Below, piece after piece: positions 47,118-57,039 of a stretch of DNA of 64,000 nt. The number at the start of each line of letters is the position of its first letter. Position 1 is the first letter of the stretch. The notes under the pieces are model-generated. The model made no database searches and was not told the DNA's origin. It was given only the letters and a program-made list of their open reading frames with translations. Source of the stretch: an uncultured Prevotellaceae bacterium (lineage in GTDB: Bacteria > Bacteroidota > Bacteroidia > Bacteroidales > Bacteroidaceae); NCBI GenBank assembly GCA_946184125.1, contig CAMHEL010000003.1:4489-68488 (forward strand), read 5' to 3'. The position numbers and the translations under genes were made by a program.

Positions 47118-48575
47118 ATGGCAGGAAAAGAATTCATCGTAGCTATTGAATTGGGCTCTTCGAAAATCACCGGCATCGCCGGAAAGAAGAGCATGGACGG
47201 GAGCATACAAGTGCTCGCCGTCGTCAGGGAGGACGCCACGTCATGCATCCGAAAAGGCGTGGTCTACAACATCGACAAGACATGTGTTTGTCTGACAAAC
47301 ATCATCAAGAAACTCAAACAGCTCCTCAAGTCGGAAATCTCGCAGGTCTATGTGGGAGTGGGAGGACAGTCCATCCGCTGCATAAGAAACAACAGTGTGA
47401 AGGAACTTCCCGAAGACACCATCATCTCTCAGGACATCATCAACGAGCTGATGGACAACAACCGAAGCACCGCATATCCCGACCTTGAAATCCTCGATGC
47501 AGCAACACAAGAGTACAAAGTCGGCACACAGTTCCAAATCGACCCCGTCGGCATCCAGAGCAACAAGATTGAGGGCAATTTCCTCAACATCGTCTGCAGA
47601 AAGTCTTTCTACCGCAACCTCAACAAATGCTTTGAGAAAGCCAACATCTCCATCGCCGAGATGTATCTCGCACCTATCGCCCTGGCACACAGCGTGCTCA
47701 CCGAGGCCGAGAAACGCAGCGGATGCCTTCTCGTAGACCTCGGAGCCGACACCACCACCGTATCGGTTTATACCAAGAACATCCTACGACACCTCTCCGT
47801 CATCCCACTCGGAGGCAACAACATCACCAAAGACATCGCATCGCTGCAGATGGAGGAGAGCGAGGCTGAGAAGCTCAAAATCGAGCACGCATCGGCTTAC
47901 ACCGACGTGGCAAACATTGAGTCGGGAAAGACCATCGCCCTCGACAACGAGAGAAGCGTCGACCTCCTCACCTTCGTCAACATCGTCGAAGCACGTGTCA
48001 ACGAAATCATCGAGAACGTCTGGTACCAAGTGCCGCAGGAGTACAGCGACAAACTCCTTGGAGGTATCATCCTCACCGGAGGTGGCTCCAACATGCCCGA
48101 AATCAAGAAGGCTTTCACCATCTGCACCGGAAGCCAGAAAATACGCATCGCAGGAAGCGTGCAGCAGACCGTCACCTCGTCCGACCCAAGCATCACCGCA
48201 CGCAACGGCATGATGAACACCGCACTCGGACTGCTCGCCAAAGGCGACATGAACTGCGCCGGCTCCATCATCACACCGAAGACCGACCTCTTCGACGTGC
48301 CCGGAAGCGACATCCCCACCACGAAAATTCCCAAGCCCAATGACACCGGAGTGGTCATGACACCGGCTGAGAAAAAACGCATCGAGGATGAGCGACGCCG
48401 CAAGGCCGACGAGGACGCACAGGCAGCTCAGCGCGAACGCGAGGAACGCGCAAGGGCCGAGCAAGAGGCTGCTGAGCGCAACAAAGGCGGACTCTTCTCA
48501 CGCATCAAGAAATCGAGCAGCGAATTCATCAAAAAACTCATCTCGGAAGAAGCCGAGGACGACAACAGAGGCTAA
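47118..48575 (+). CDS. ftsA: Cell-division protein FtsA (actin-like ATPase) with a K/E-rich C-terminal tail
   Basis: Blocks VAIELGSSKITGIAG, LVDLGADTTTVSVY and ILTGGGSNMP. Confidence 0.92.
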   Translation: MAGKEFIVAIELGSSKITGIAGKKSMDGSIQVLAVVREDATSCIRKGVVYNIDKTCVCLTNIIKKLKQLLKSEISQVYVGVGGQSIRCIRNNSVKELPEDTIISQDIINELMDNNRSTAYPDLEILDAATQEYKVGTQFQIDPVGIQSNKIEGNFLNIVCRKSFYRNLNKCFEKANISIAEMYLAPIALAHSVLTEAEKRSGCLLVDLGADTTTVSVYTKNILRHLSVIPLGGNNITKDIASLQMEESEAEKLKIEHASAYTDVANIESGKTIALDNERSVDLLTFVNIVEARVNEIIENVWYQVPQEYSDKLLGGIILTGGGSNMPEIKKAFTICTGSQKIRIAGSVQQTVTSSDPSITARNGMMNTALGLLAKGDMNCAGSIITPKTDLFDVPGSDIPTTKIPKPNDTGVVMTPAEKKRIEDERRRKADEDAQAAQREREERARAEQEAAERNKGGLFSRIKKSSSEFIKKLISEEAEDDNRG

Positions 48576-48617
48576 AAGTATCACATCAACACTTCAAACA
48601 TAAAATCAGAAACATCT

Positions 48618-49940
48618 ATGTCAGACAAAGATAAACCCAAAGGCCTTGACTTCGAGGACCTGCCAAAAGAGAACTGCATCATCAAAGTCATCGGTGTGGG
48701 CGGTGGCGGCGGAAATGCCGTCAACCACATGTACCGCGAGGGCATACACGATGTCACATTCGTCCTCTGCAACACCGACCGTCAGGCGCTCAACGACTCA
48801 CCAGTGCCCGTACACATCCAGCTGGGTAAAGAGGGACTCGGAGCCGGTAACCGTCCCGAGAAAGCACGCAAGGCTGCCGAGGAAAGCGAGAGCGACATCC
48901 GACGCATGCTCAACGACGGCACCAAGATGTCGTTCATCACTGCCGGAATGGGCGGAGGTACCGGAACCGGAGCAGCACCCGTCATCGCACGGGTGTCGAA
49001 GGAGCTCGGCATCCTCACCGTAGGTATCGTCACCATACCCTTCAAATTCGAGGGCCCGAACAAGATCGACCAGGCTCTCGACGGCGTGGAGGAGATGGCA
49101 AAGCATGTCGACGCCCTGCTCGTCATCAACAACGAGCGCCTGCGCGAGATTTATCCCGACTACTCCGTGATGAATGCCTTCGGAAAAGCCGATGACACAC
49201 TGAGCATCGCAGCCAAGAGCATCGCCGAAATCATCACCGTCCACGGACTCATCAACCTCGACTTCAACGATGTGCGCACCGTGCTGAAGGATGGCGGAGT
49301 GGCCATCATGAGTACAGGATACGGCGAGGGCGAGGGCCGTGTGAAGCGTGCCATCGAGGATGCACTCCACTCACCTTTGCTCAACGACAACGATGTGTTC
49401 AACTCGAAGAAAATCCTGCTCAGCATCACCTTCTGCGAGGACAAGGAGATTGGTGGACTGATGATGGAGGAGATGAACGACGTCAACGACTTCATGGCGA
49501 AATTCGGCGACGACTTCGAAATCAAATGGGGACTCGCCGTAGACCCCGAGATGGGAAAGAAAGTCAAGGTGACCATCCTTGCCACAGGTTTCGGCATCGA
49601 GCATGTCGACGGCATGGCAGGACACACCAAGAAACCCATCGACCCATCGAAAATCGCTGCCGATGCCGAGGACCGCGACAAACGCGACCTCCGGCGCCAG
49701 CGCTACTACAACGACGAGAACAACACCTCCATCCACAAGCGCCGCCCCCTCATCTTCTTCTTCAAGCAGGAAGACCTCGACAACGAGGATGTCATCCTCG
49801 CCGTGGAGAGCACGCCGACATACCGCCGCAACCGCAAAACCCTCGAGGACATCTTGCGCATCTCATCGGGCGGCAACAACGGCGGCGAGACACCAGAGCC
49901 TACCGACACTGGCTCATCAAGCACTAAAATAGTATTCTGA
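48618..49940 (+). CDS. ftsZ: Cell-division GTPase FtsZ
   Basis: Motif GVGGGGGNAVNHM and the tubulin signature GMGGGTGTGAAPVIA. Confidence 0.96.
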   Translation: MSDKDKPKGLDFEDLPKENCIIKVIGVGGGGGNAVNHMYREGIHDVTFVLCNTDRQALNDSPVPVHIQLGKEGLGAGNRPEKARKAAEESESDIRRMLNDGTKMSFITAGMGGGTGTGAAPVIARVSKELGILTVGIVTIPFKFEGPNKIDQALDGVEEMAKHVDALLVINNERLREIYPDYSVMNAFGKADDTLSIAAKSIAEIITVHGLINLDFNDVRTVLKDGGVAIMSTGYGEGEGRVKRAIEDALHSPLLNDNDVFNSKKILLSITFCEDKEIGGLMMEEMNDVNDFMAKFGDDFEIKWGLAVDPEMGKKVKVTILATGFGIEHVDGMAGHTKKPIDPSKIAADAEDRDKRDLRRQRYYNDENNTSIHKRRPLIFFFKQEDLDNEDVILAVESTPTYRRNRKTLEDILRISSGGNNGGETPEPTDTGSSSTKIVF

Positions 49941-49941
49941 C

Positions 49942-50391
49942 ATGACACTCTACGACCAAATCAGCGAAGACATCAAGGCTGCCATGAAGGCACGCGACAA
50001 AGTGAGGCTCGAGACCCTTCGCAACATCAAGAAGGTGTTCATCGAAGCCAAGACCGCTCCCGGAGCCAACGACACGCTGGCCGACGCCGACGCCATAAAA
50101 ATCATTCAGAAACTGGCCAAGCAGGGCCGCGAGGCGGCTGCCATCTTCACACAGAAGGGCCGCCAGGACCTGGCCGACGGCGAACTGGCACAAGTGGCAG
50201 TCATCGAGAGCTACCTGCCACCACAGCTCGGAGAGGCCGAGATAGAAGCCGCCGTGCGCGAAGCCATCGCACAGACCGGGGCAACCGGAATGAAGGACAT
50301 GGGACGCGTCATGGGCATCGTCAGCAAACAACTTGCCGGGCAGGCCGACGGACGCACCATCTCGGCAGTGGTCAAGCGACTGCTGGCTTAA
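49942..50391 (+). CDS. GatB/YqeY-domain protein
   Basis: 149 aa. Sequence DIKAAMKARDKVRLETLRNIK ... VIESYLPPQL ... MKDMGRVMG. Confidence 0.85.
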   Translation: MTLYDQISEDIKAAMKARDKVRLETLRNIKKVFIEAKTAPGANDTLADADAIKIIQKLAKQGREAAAIFTQKGRQDLADGELAQVAVIESYLPPQLGEAEIEAAVREAIAQTGATGMKDMGRVMGIVSKQLAGQADGRTISAVVKRLLA

Positions 50392-51113
50392 TCGAATAGC
50401 TGCCTGAGCACATCAAGCGACTTCAGCGCCGGGAAACCTGGCACATGAAGCCGGTAATACTCCAAAATCACCTCTGTGCAACGGTTGCGCTCCTCGCGCG
50501 ACATCGCACAGAGGTGCATCGTTTGATAACTCAGACGAAGCAGCATCCCTATTTTCGATGCCTCGGCAGGAGCAAGGAAATGGCCGTGAGGGGGCACCGA
50601 CGAGGTGAAGCAGGCATTGAGCAAATCAAAATAACGACCCTCGCGCTCGTCGGTATTGGGGAAAAAGCCCACAAAGCGCGACAGGCGCATCATAAATACA
50701 AGGTGGAAATTGGCAAAGCCACGCTCCACACCATCGAGCCACTGCAGGCTGAACGACACAAACTGGAAGAGCGGCTCATTGAGATGCTCGTCGCGCGTGG
50801 CGTGGCACAGAAACTCCGCCATGAAGAGCGAGATGGAGATTTTCACCGGGTCCATGCCCAGTGACGGCAGGGGCTGTGATATGCGGATGTCGCGGATGCG
50901 CTGAAGCGACGAGCGCTGACGGTAGTCGAAATCGACCTCCACCAGCGTGAGGGGCATGAAGAACTGACGCCTCATCTTCCCATGCGACGACTTGGTGACC
51001 TTCACCATAAAAGACACTCTGCCCTGCTGCTCGGTGAGCATATCCACCACCAGCGCACCCTCGCCATACTTCACCGAGCGAAGCACCACAGCCTTTGTCC
51101 GAACCATCAACAT
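50388..51113 (-). CDS. recO: DNA repair protein RecO
   Basis: N-terminal OB-fold pattern TKAVVLRSVKYGEGALVVDMLTEQQGRVSFMVK. 241 aa. Confidence 0.85.
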   Translation of the reverse strand: MLMVRTKAVVLRSVKYGEGALVVDMLTEQQGRVSFMVKVTKSSHGKMRRQFFMPLTLVEVDFDYRQRSSLQRIRDIRISQPLPSLGMDPVKISISLFMAEFLCHATRDEHLNEPLFQFVSFSLQWLDGVERGFANFHLVFMMRLSRFVGFFPNTDEREGRYFDLLNACFTSSVPPHGHFLAPAEASKIGMLLRLSYQTMHLCAMSREERNRCTEVILEYYRLHVPGFPALKSLDVLRQLFD

Positions 51114-51230
51114 GGGTGTAAAGGTACACCAAAATGCGAAAAAAGCAAAGATTCTGCCCTCAAAAATTACAAAAACAGATAATATTTGAAAAAATTCATC
51201 TTAAAATTTGGAGGATTACTCAAAAAGCAG

Positions 51231-51238
51231 TACCTTTG
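51231..51238 (+). promoter_or_regulatory. -7 promoter box TACCTTTG upstream of tRNA-Glu
   Basis: TAnnTTTG match 21 nt upstream of the tRNA 5' end. Confidence 0.45.
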
Positions 51239-51258
51239 CATCCGCAATTTAAGTCAAC

Positions 51259-51330
51259 GGTCCATTCGTCTATCGGTTAGGACGAGAGATTTTCATTCTC
51301 TAAAGAGCAGTTCGACTCTGCTATGGACTG
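51259..51330 (+). tRNA. tRNA-Glu (anticodon UUC)
   Basis: Folded by hand. Acceptor stem GGTCCAT/ATGGACT (G1-U72 wobble). D-arm GTCT-ATCGGTTA-GGAC. Anticodon arm AGAGA-TTTTCAT-TCTCT. T-arm AGCAG-TTCGACT-CTGCT. No encoded CCA. Confidence 0.8.
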
Positions 51331-51360
51331 CAAAAACATAAAAAAAAAGGAAACAAAACG

Positions 51361-51615
51361 ATGGCAAACCACAAATCATCCCTCAAAAGAATCCGCCAGG
51401 ACAAGAAGCGCCAGCTTCACAACAAGTATTACGCCAAGACAATGCGCAACGCGGTGCGCAAACTTCGTGCCATGACCAATAAGGAAGAAGCTGCGAAGCT
51501 CTATCCCACCGTGCAGAAAATGCTCGACAAATTGGCCAAGACAAATATCATCCACCGCAACAAGGCTGCCAACCTGAAGGCCAGCCTCTCGCGCCAAATC
51601 AACAGCATGGCGTAA
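51361..51615 (+). CDS. rpsT: 30S ribosomal protein S20
   Basis: 84 aa. Sequence [24 protein letters not shown]. Confidence 0.95.
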   Translation: MANHKSSLKRIRQDKKRQLHNKYYAKTMRNAVRKLRAMTNKEEAAKLYPTVQKMLDKLAKTNIIHRNKAANLKASLSRQINSMA

Positions 51616-51637
51616 GTCTTTTGAGCCACGAATACCG

Positions 51638-51668
51638 AAGGCCACATCCTCTGGATGTGGCCTTTGCT
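51638..51668 (+). terminator. Terminator hairpin after rpsT
   Basis: AAGGCCACATCC-loop-GGATGTGGCCTT followed by a T-containing tail. Confidence 0.6.
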
Positions 51669-51816
51669 TATATGCACCACCACTATCATTATAACCGGAA
51701 AACTTGCAGGTTTGCTTTTTTTTCCTTAACTTAGCGGCCTGAAAGGGTGCCAACAGCCCCACCCCACTTCCTGCATCAGCCTACCAGCATCTGCTTTTAC
51801 CTCACATGCCTCCACC

Positions 51817-53694
51817 ATGACAAAAGAAGAGAAAATACTCCATAACCAATGCGAGATTGTGGCCCAAGGTATCGCCCAACTCTCGGCTACCTACACCGAT
51901 AACCTCGCTTCATGCCCCGGCATCATCCATCAGTTGCACAAAGCCGAAAACCGCTCGATGGAATATCTCAACGGCACCTTCATCGTCATCGTCGTCGGAC
52001 CAGTCAAGTCGGGAAAATCCACACTCGTCAACCTCATTGCTGGAGCATACGTCAGCCCCACCCATTTCCTGGAATGCACCGTCAGGCCATCCATCATCTC
52101 GCAGAAGAAGGATGGCAGCGAATGCTCCATCTCGGTCTATACGAGCGAACAGCCCGCCAACCGTGTGGAGCAAATCGACGCCATCATCGACTGCATAAGG
52201 GGCATAGAGCAAGAGAGCAACCTCAGCGGCATCACCAAAGCCATCTACCCCCTGACACCCGAGAACATCAAGGACAAAGTGGAGCTCGACCTCAAGTCAA
52301 GCCTGATCTCCGACACCCTGGTCACCTCCATCACCACACCCGGCGGCATCCTGATGAAGGAAGACGTCTTCATCGTCGACATGCCCGGCTTCGACGGTGA
52401 ATACGCCAACATCGACGACCCCGTCTATGATGCCATCGCCCAGCGGGCCGACCTCATCATCTTCGTCCAAAGCTCCAACTCAGCCATCTCCAAGGTGTCG
52501 GAGCAGTTTCTACGCAAACTGTCGGACAACAACAAAGACGTACCCGTCTGCCTGATACACAATGTGTTCGACTCTGCCCACTGGCGCAGCAGCGAGGTGC
52601 GGCAGACCGTCATCGACGACCAGAAGCAGTTCGCCCTCCGAGAAATCAAGCGCCTGGGCTTCAACATCAGCGAGAACCAGTGCTTCAGCCTCAACCTCGG
52701 CAAGGTGGAGGATGCACGCCATGCTGCCTATGCCGACCTCAGCGACCTGCAGGCGGAGGCACAGCACTTCGACGACACCGAGGCCATCCTGCACGAGCGC
52801 GTCATCAACCACCGCGACTTCATGCGCCTGAGCGCCTGCGCAAGCCGCACACAGCAGCAGTTGGGCAAACTGATTGATGCCATCGACCAGGAACTGGCAC
52901 AACGGCAGCTGCTCCTCAGCCGTTACGCCCTTGTGCAGCAGAAGTTCGAGCCGCTGCGCAAGCCCACCGCCCTTGCCGAATACGACTGTCAGGTCACCGC
53001 CGACTTCAGCACCATCAAGCAAGTCATCGTCCAGATGCGCAACATAAAGCGCGACTTCGTGCTCAACGAGCACTACCATAGGAGCGACAGCGAAGCACGT
53101 GCCAGCATCGAGAAATTCATCGCCGAGTGCGAGACGCAGGTCAGCGCATCGCTGCGCAGCAGCCTCTCACTCAGCAAGAAAGAGAGCGAGCTCTTCCTCC
53201 TCTACAAGGAGCAGACAGGGAAAGTGCGCGAGGCAGTGGCCGCCTGCATGGCCGTACCACTCGACGACGACAACACACGCCTGGAACTCGCCGACCTCCC
53301 CTCTGTCTCGTTGCTTCCCAGCATCGACCTCGACCTGCTCATCAGCCATAAGTTCAAACTGCCGTTGTTCAACGTCCTTGGCCACACCTCACGCGACCTC
53401 ATCAGTTACCTCAACGCCATCACCCACCACTTCGTGGGCGACGACGACGAGGGCACCACGGGCTACATCGAGACCGAAGGCGGGCCCATCAAGCCACTAC
53501 TCGCACACGTCAGGGAAGCCATCGCCGACATCACCAAGAAATATGCCAAGCGCTATACGCAATACCTCAACGACAATGAGCGTGCCATCCTGACCAGCAT
53601 CATCCCCGACAAAGAAACCTTCGACCTGACGACAGCCACACTCGAGCGCCTCAAAGCCGACATCAACGACAGCCACCTCATCACTGCCTCATAA
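51817..53694 (+). CDS. Dynamin-family (bacterial dynamin-like) GTPase
   Basis: G1 motif VGPVKSGKSTLVNLI, G3 motif VDMPGFDG and a G4-like IHNVFD. A ~350-aa helical region follows. Confidence 0.65.
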   Translation: MTKEEKILHNQCEIVAQGIAQLSATYTDNLASCPGIIHQLHKAENRSMEYLNGTFIVIVVGPVKSGKSTLVNLIAGAYVSPTHFLECTVRPSIISQKKDGSECSISVYTSEQPANRVEQIDAIIDCIRGIEQESNLSGITKAIYPLTPENIKDKVELDLKSSLISDTLVTSITTPGGILMKEDVFIVDMPGFDGEYANIDDPVYDAIAQRADLIIFVQSSNSAISKVSEQFLRKLSDNNKDVPVCLIHNVFDSAHWRSSEVRQTVIDDQKQFALREIKRLGFNISENQCFSLNLGKVEDARHAAYADLSDLQAEAQHFDDTEAILHERVINHRDFMRLSACASRTQQQLGKLIDAIDQELAQRQLLLSRYALVQQKFEPLRKPTALAEYDCQVTADFSTIKQVIVQMRNIKRDFVLNEHYHRSDSEARASIEKFIAECETQVSASLRSSLSLSKKESELFLLYKEQTGKVREAVAACMAVPLDDDNTRLELADLPSVSLLPSIDLDLLISHKFKLPLFNVLGHTSRDLISYLNAITHHFVGDDDEGTTGYIETEGGPIKPLLAHVREAIADITKKYAKRYTQYLNDNERAILTSIIPDKETFDLTTATLERLKADINDSHLITAS

Positions 53695-53751
53695 ATATAA
53701 ATGGCTAAATGAGAATTCAAGATGAGCGAATCGCAAATCTTGAATTCCTGC

Positions 53752-55395
53752 TTATTTGCCTTTGCGGTCACGGTCATAGTCCACGCATCCAAGCACGACA
53801 CGATGGTGAGCCTTGTCGTAGAGCGGACTGGCCACACTCCTCTTCGGATTGAGATAGCCACCATCGATACCGGCCATATCAAGAAGGAGGTGCGGCACGT
53901 CGTCGATGGAGACCGGCAGATGAACCGCCTCCATCACACGGGCAGACTTCTCGGGGCGACGCTCACGGTAGGTAGGCGACATCCACACCAGCAGGGGGAC
54001 ACGCAGCTGATAATCCCTTTTGCATGTCAGCGACGCATTGCCATGACCGACGAAGTCGCGGTAGTCGTACACCTCCTCGCCATGGTCGGAGAAATATACG
54101 ACACAACAGTCGCCGTCGCCGAATTTGCGGATAATCCCATCAATCACATAATCATTGTACAGCGTGGCATTGTCGTATTGGGCAACGGCGAGGCGCTCCT
54201 CCATCGAGCCATACTTCGCATAGGCCTTGTCATCGGCCGTGAAGCGAGCAAAGGACTCGGGATAACGCTCACGGTAGTCATAGTGCTGCCCATTGAGATG
54301 GATGACATAAAGTGATGGCGACGGCATCTTATCCATCGCAGCCACCATGTCCATGTCGTAGTCATATTTCACATCATTGCGCACGTTGTACATGAGGTCC
54401 GACAACTTCTTGTCGGAAATGAACAAAGTGCCCTTCCCCGCGAAATACTGGTTGTCGTAGAATGCCGTGGCATACCCCGCACGCCGAAAGCACATCGGGA
54501 AAAGCGGCTCCGAGCCGAAGTTTGCCGACAGAGAGTCGAGTGAGAAGACCGACATCATGGCTCGGTTGGTGAAATCGGCGGGCGACACCACATCATCGAA
54601 AACCGCCAGGTCACCCTCAGCAGCCCTTTTCGACATGAAGACAGAGGTGGGGAGTTCATAGCCATAGAGAGAGGTATGATAGACGCTATGCGACTCACCT
54701 ATCACGACGACCACATCGGGCAAGTTGCCCTCGGTAGCGATGGGGCCCATCTCAGAGCATACGCGACAGAGTTGGGCCGTCTTCTTCAGATTTTGCCTGA
54801 GCACATTGAGCGAGTTGGCCACACGGGTCACCGCATGACACTGGGGAATATCCAGCCCCTTATGATAAACCACAAAACTCCACACCATCAGTGCCCATAC
54901 CGCCATCCCCGCAAAGGCACAGAGGACAGAGAGCGGCTGGTGCTTCTTGCCCGACAGCCAACGTGCTATTTTCTCCAACAAGACATTGAGTGCCACCAAC
55001 AATGCAGCAAAGGTGATGAGCAGCCAAGGGTGCAAATAAGTGACGGCAAACCCCCATGCCTCACTGGTATTGGTGGCCGCCAGAATGTCGATGACATCCT
55101 GATTGACGATGGTCTGGAACTGGAAAATGAGGAACGCATCGACCAGCGACAGCACCTCATGCACTGCGACCATCATGCCAAAGCAAACGTTGGAGAGCCA
55201 GCGTGGTCGCACCACCAGGCACACACACGATTCGAGATAGGCGGCGGCGAAAGACAAAAGGATGATGAACAGTAAAGAAGCTGCATTATGATAGACATAC
55301 GCAGCCATGCCATTTGACAGCAGATTGAGCAACAAGAGAAAAACAAATCTCATGCCACATGCTGGTTGCAACAACAAATGCAACAATCGGACCAT
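53752..55395 (-). CDS. Sulfatase-family membrane transferase (phosphoethanolamine-transferase/EptA-like)
   Basis: N-terminal multi-TM region followed by a sulfatase-fold domain (VVVVIGESHS, YFSDHGEE). The ORF extends to 55545, but an internal start (MVRLL at 55395 or MRFVF at 55353) is more plausible. Confidence 0.75.
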   Translation of the reverse strand: MVRLLHLLLQPACGMRFVFLLLLNLLSNGMAAYVYHNAASLLFIILLSFAAAYLESCVCLVVRPRWLSNVCFGMMVAVHEVLSLVDAFLIFQFQTIVNQDVIDILAATNTSEAWGFAVTYLHPWLLITFAALLVALNVLLEKIARWLSGKKHQPLSVLCAFAGMAVWALMVWSFVVYHKGLDIPQCHAVTRVANSLNVLRQNLKKTAQLCRVCSEMGPIATEGNLPDVVVVIGESHSVYHTSLYGYELPTSVFMSKRAAEGDLAVFDDVVSPADFTNRAMMSVFSLDSLSANFGSEPLFPMCFRRAGYATAFYDNQYFAGKGTLFISDKKLSDLMYNVRNDVKYDYDMDMVAAMDKMPSPSLYVIHLNGQHYDYRERYPESFARFTADDKAYAKYGSMEERLAVAQYDNATLYNDYVIDGIIRKFGDGDCCVVYFSDHGEEVYDYRDFVGHGNASLTCKRDYQLRVPLLVWMSPTYRERRPEKSARVMEAVHLPVSIDDVPHLLLDMAGIDGGYLNPKRSVASPLYDKAHHRVVLGCVDYDRDRKGK

Positions 55396-55610
55396 GATTA
55401 TCAAGATAAAGTTTAATCTTTGGTTATGTATATCATATAAAAACACAAAAACTGTCGTTTTATTGTTTTCTTTTCCCCAAAAAACAGCCCGAAATTGTAA
55501 ATCAATGGTTTTTACTGTATGCTGGACGCAAAGAAGGCTGAGCAAAGTTACTGTTTGCGGAAAATGTTGTTAAAATAAGAAAAACATCCAACTATTTGGC
55601 GATAAATGCA

Positions 55611-55618
55611 TATTTTTG
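55611..55618 (+). promoter_or_regulatory. -7 promoter box TATTTTTG
   Basis: TAnnTTTG match 38 nt upstream of the ATG at 55657. Confidence 0.4.
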
Positions 55619-55656
55619 CATTTTGTGAAGAATTCCTTTTTAAGAAATCTTGAGAT

Positions 55657-56742
55657 ATGAAAAGAAACCTTTTTATCATCGCCGGCATCTTCCTGCTCAT
55701 CATCGGCCTGATGGTAACAGGCAACATCATCATCGTAGGCGAGAAAATCGCCCACCTCACCCACCTCTGGTGGACGGAGTATGCCTTCTACGGCCTATTG
55801 CTGCTGCTTGCCGGCTATTTTCTGCTTCTTCCGATGTGGCGCATCCACACCGCACCACCCTTCCCCGTTCTGGCTGTCGCCGATGGCGGCACCTGCGAGG
55901 AGCTCCAGTCTTTCGGCGACAAACTGGCGGCACACTGCGACTACATCCCCGACACCGAACTGCGCCAGAAGCACCGCGCCGAACTGAAACGTCAACTGTT
56001 AGATGCTTCGGGCGACCGCCATCAACTGTCGGATGTCGTCCGTGCCGAGCTCGACCTACGCTTCAGCGGCGACAAGCAATTGGGCGTACTGGGCATCAAC
56101 ACCCGCATCAAGGAATGGGCGAAAACCGTCTTCATGATTTCCGCCATATCCCAAAACAGCCGTTTCGACACCATCAGCGTGATGTACATGAACTACCGTC
56201 TCATCGAGGATTTGATTGTCTCCACGGGCTTCCGCCCCAGCTATCGGCAACTGTGGCGGATGTATGCCAGCATACTGACCACCGCGCTCATCACCTACGC
56301 CATGTCGGAGGCACTTGCCGGTACGGGCAGTGTAGCCCCCTTCGACTTCGGCGACATGGGCGATGCTGCAGCCGATACCATGGACGTCGATAACATCGAC
56401 CCCGATGATGCGGCCCTCGACATGCAGGGTGACGACACACAGGGACTGACCATTTATTCCATCCTCCGCCGTCTGAAGATTCCAGGCTTTGTGGTGAGCT
56501 CCACCATCGACGGAGCCGTGAACGCCATGATGACCCTCCGTATCGGCTATGTCACCCGTGCCTACCTCCAGCGAGGAGCCAAGGGGCTGAGCGGGGTGAA
56601 AAACAAACGGGCAGTGAAGATACAGGCCATGAAAGACGCATTGCTCGACATGCCCGCCATCGTCGCATCAGGAAGCACCATCGTGGGAGAAAAAACCACA
56701 AAATTCATACTCAAACATTTAAAATTGAAAATTGAAGATTGA
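55657..56742 (+). CDS. Membrane protein resembling YcjF/DUF697 (UPF0283)
   Basis: Two N-terminal TM segments, a helical region and then a hydrophobic core (TVFMISAISQNSRFDTISVMYMNYRLIEDL ... TIDGAVNAMMTLRIGYVTRAYL). The core has an arrangement like E. coli YcjF. The similarity was judged by eye only. Confidence 0.4.
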   Translation: MKRNLFIIAGIFLLIIGLMVTGNIIIVGEKIAHLTHLWWTEYAFYGLLLLLAGYFLLLPMWRIHTAPPFPVLAVADGGTCEELQSFGDKLAAHCDYIPDTELRQKHRAELKRQLLDASGDRHQLSDVVRAELDLRFSGDKQLGVLGINTRIKEWAKTVFMISAISQNSRFDTISVMYMNYRLIEDLIVSTGFRPSYRQLWRMYASILTTALITYAMSEALAGTGSVAPFDFGDMGDAAADTMDVDNIDPDDAALDMQGDDTQGLTIYSILRRLKIPGFVVSSTIDGAVNAMMTLRIGYVTRAYLQRGAKGLSGVKNKRAVKIQAMKDALLDMPAIVASGSTIVGEKTTKFILKHLKLKIED

Positions 56743-56770
56743 AGATTTAAAATTGAAAATTGAAGATTGA
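56718..56770 (+). repeat. Direct tandem duplication (25-nt copies, 28-nt period) spanning the stop codon of 55657..56742
   Basis: TTTAAAATTGAAAATTGAAGATTGA occurs at 56718..56742 and again at 56746..56770. Confidence 0.9.
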
Positions 56771-56892
56771 GCCCACTTTAAAAAGTCCGAGTTTTTAGCA
56801 GAGAGCCGTTAGGCACTCCCTCCCCTTAAAGAAGAGAGGTGTAAGCAAGGCAATTTTTAAGCCAAAGATTTCCTTCTTTCCCTTTTTTTTTG

Positions 56893-56900
56893 TACTTTTG
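56893..56900 (+). promoter_or_regulatory. -7 promoter box TACTTTTG upstream of gyrB
   Basis: TAnnTTTG match 140 nt upstream of the ATG at 57040. Confidence 0.35.
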
Positions 56901-57039
56901 CAGTCTAATAGCCAAAGGAGTTGTTGCAGCACTCCAACGACATAAAAACAGCGTAGCGTAAGCAATGCGTTTCTCCTTTGCAAACAACCAACAACCCAAG
57001 AACAATAAGAAATTCTATTAGCAAAAAGAAAAGACAGAA

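Noticed and set aside
33904-49940. Absence of murF and ddl from the dcw cluster
   Set aside because: The order mraZ-rsmH-ftsL-ftsI-murE-mraY-murD-ftsW-murG-murC-ftsQ-ftsA-ftsZ without murF or ddl is the usual Bacteroidota arrangement, to my knowledge. It is not an anomaly.
47118-49940. Low-complexity K/E/R-rich C-terminal tail of FtsA and the long variable linker of FtsZ
   Set aside because: Extended charged linkers before the C-terminal membrane or partner-binding peptides are normal for these proteins in Bacteroidota.
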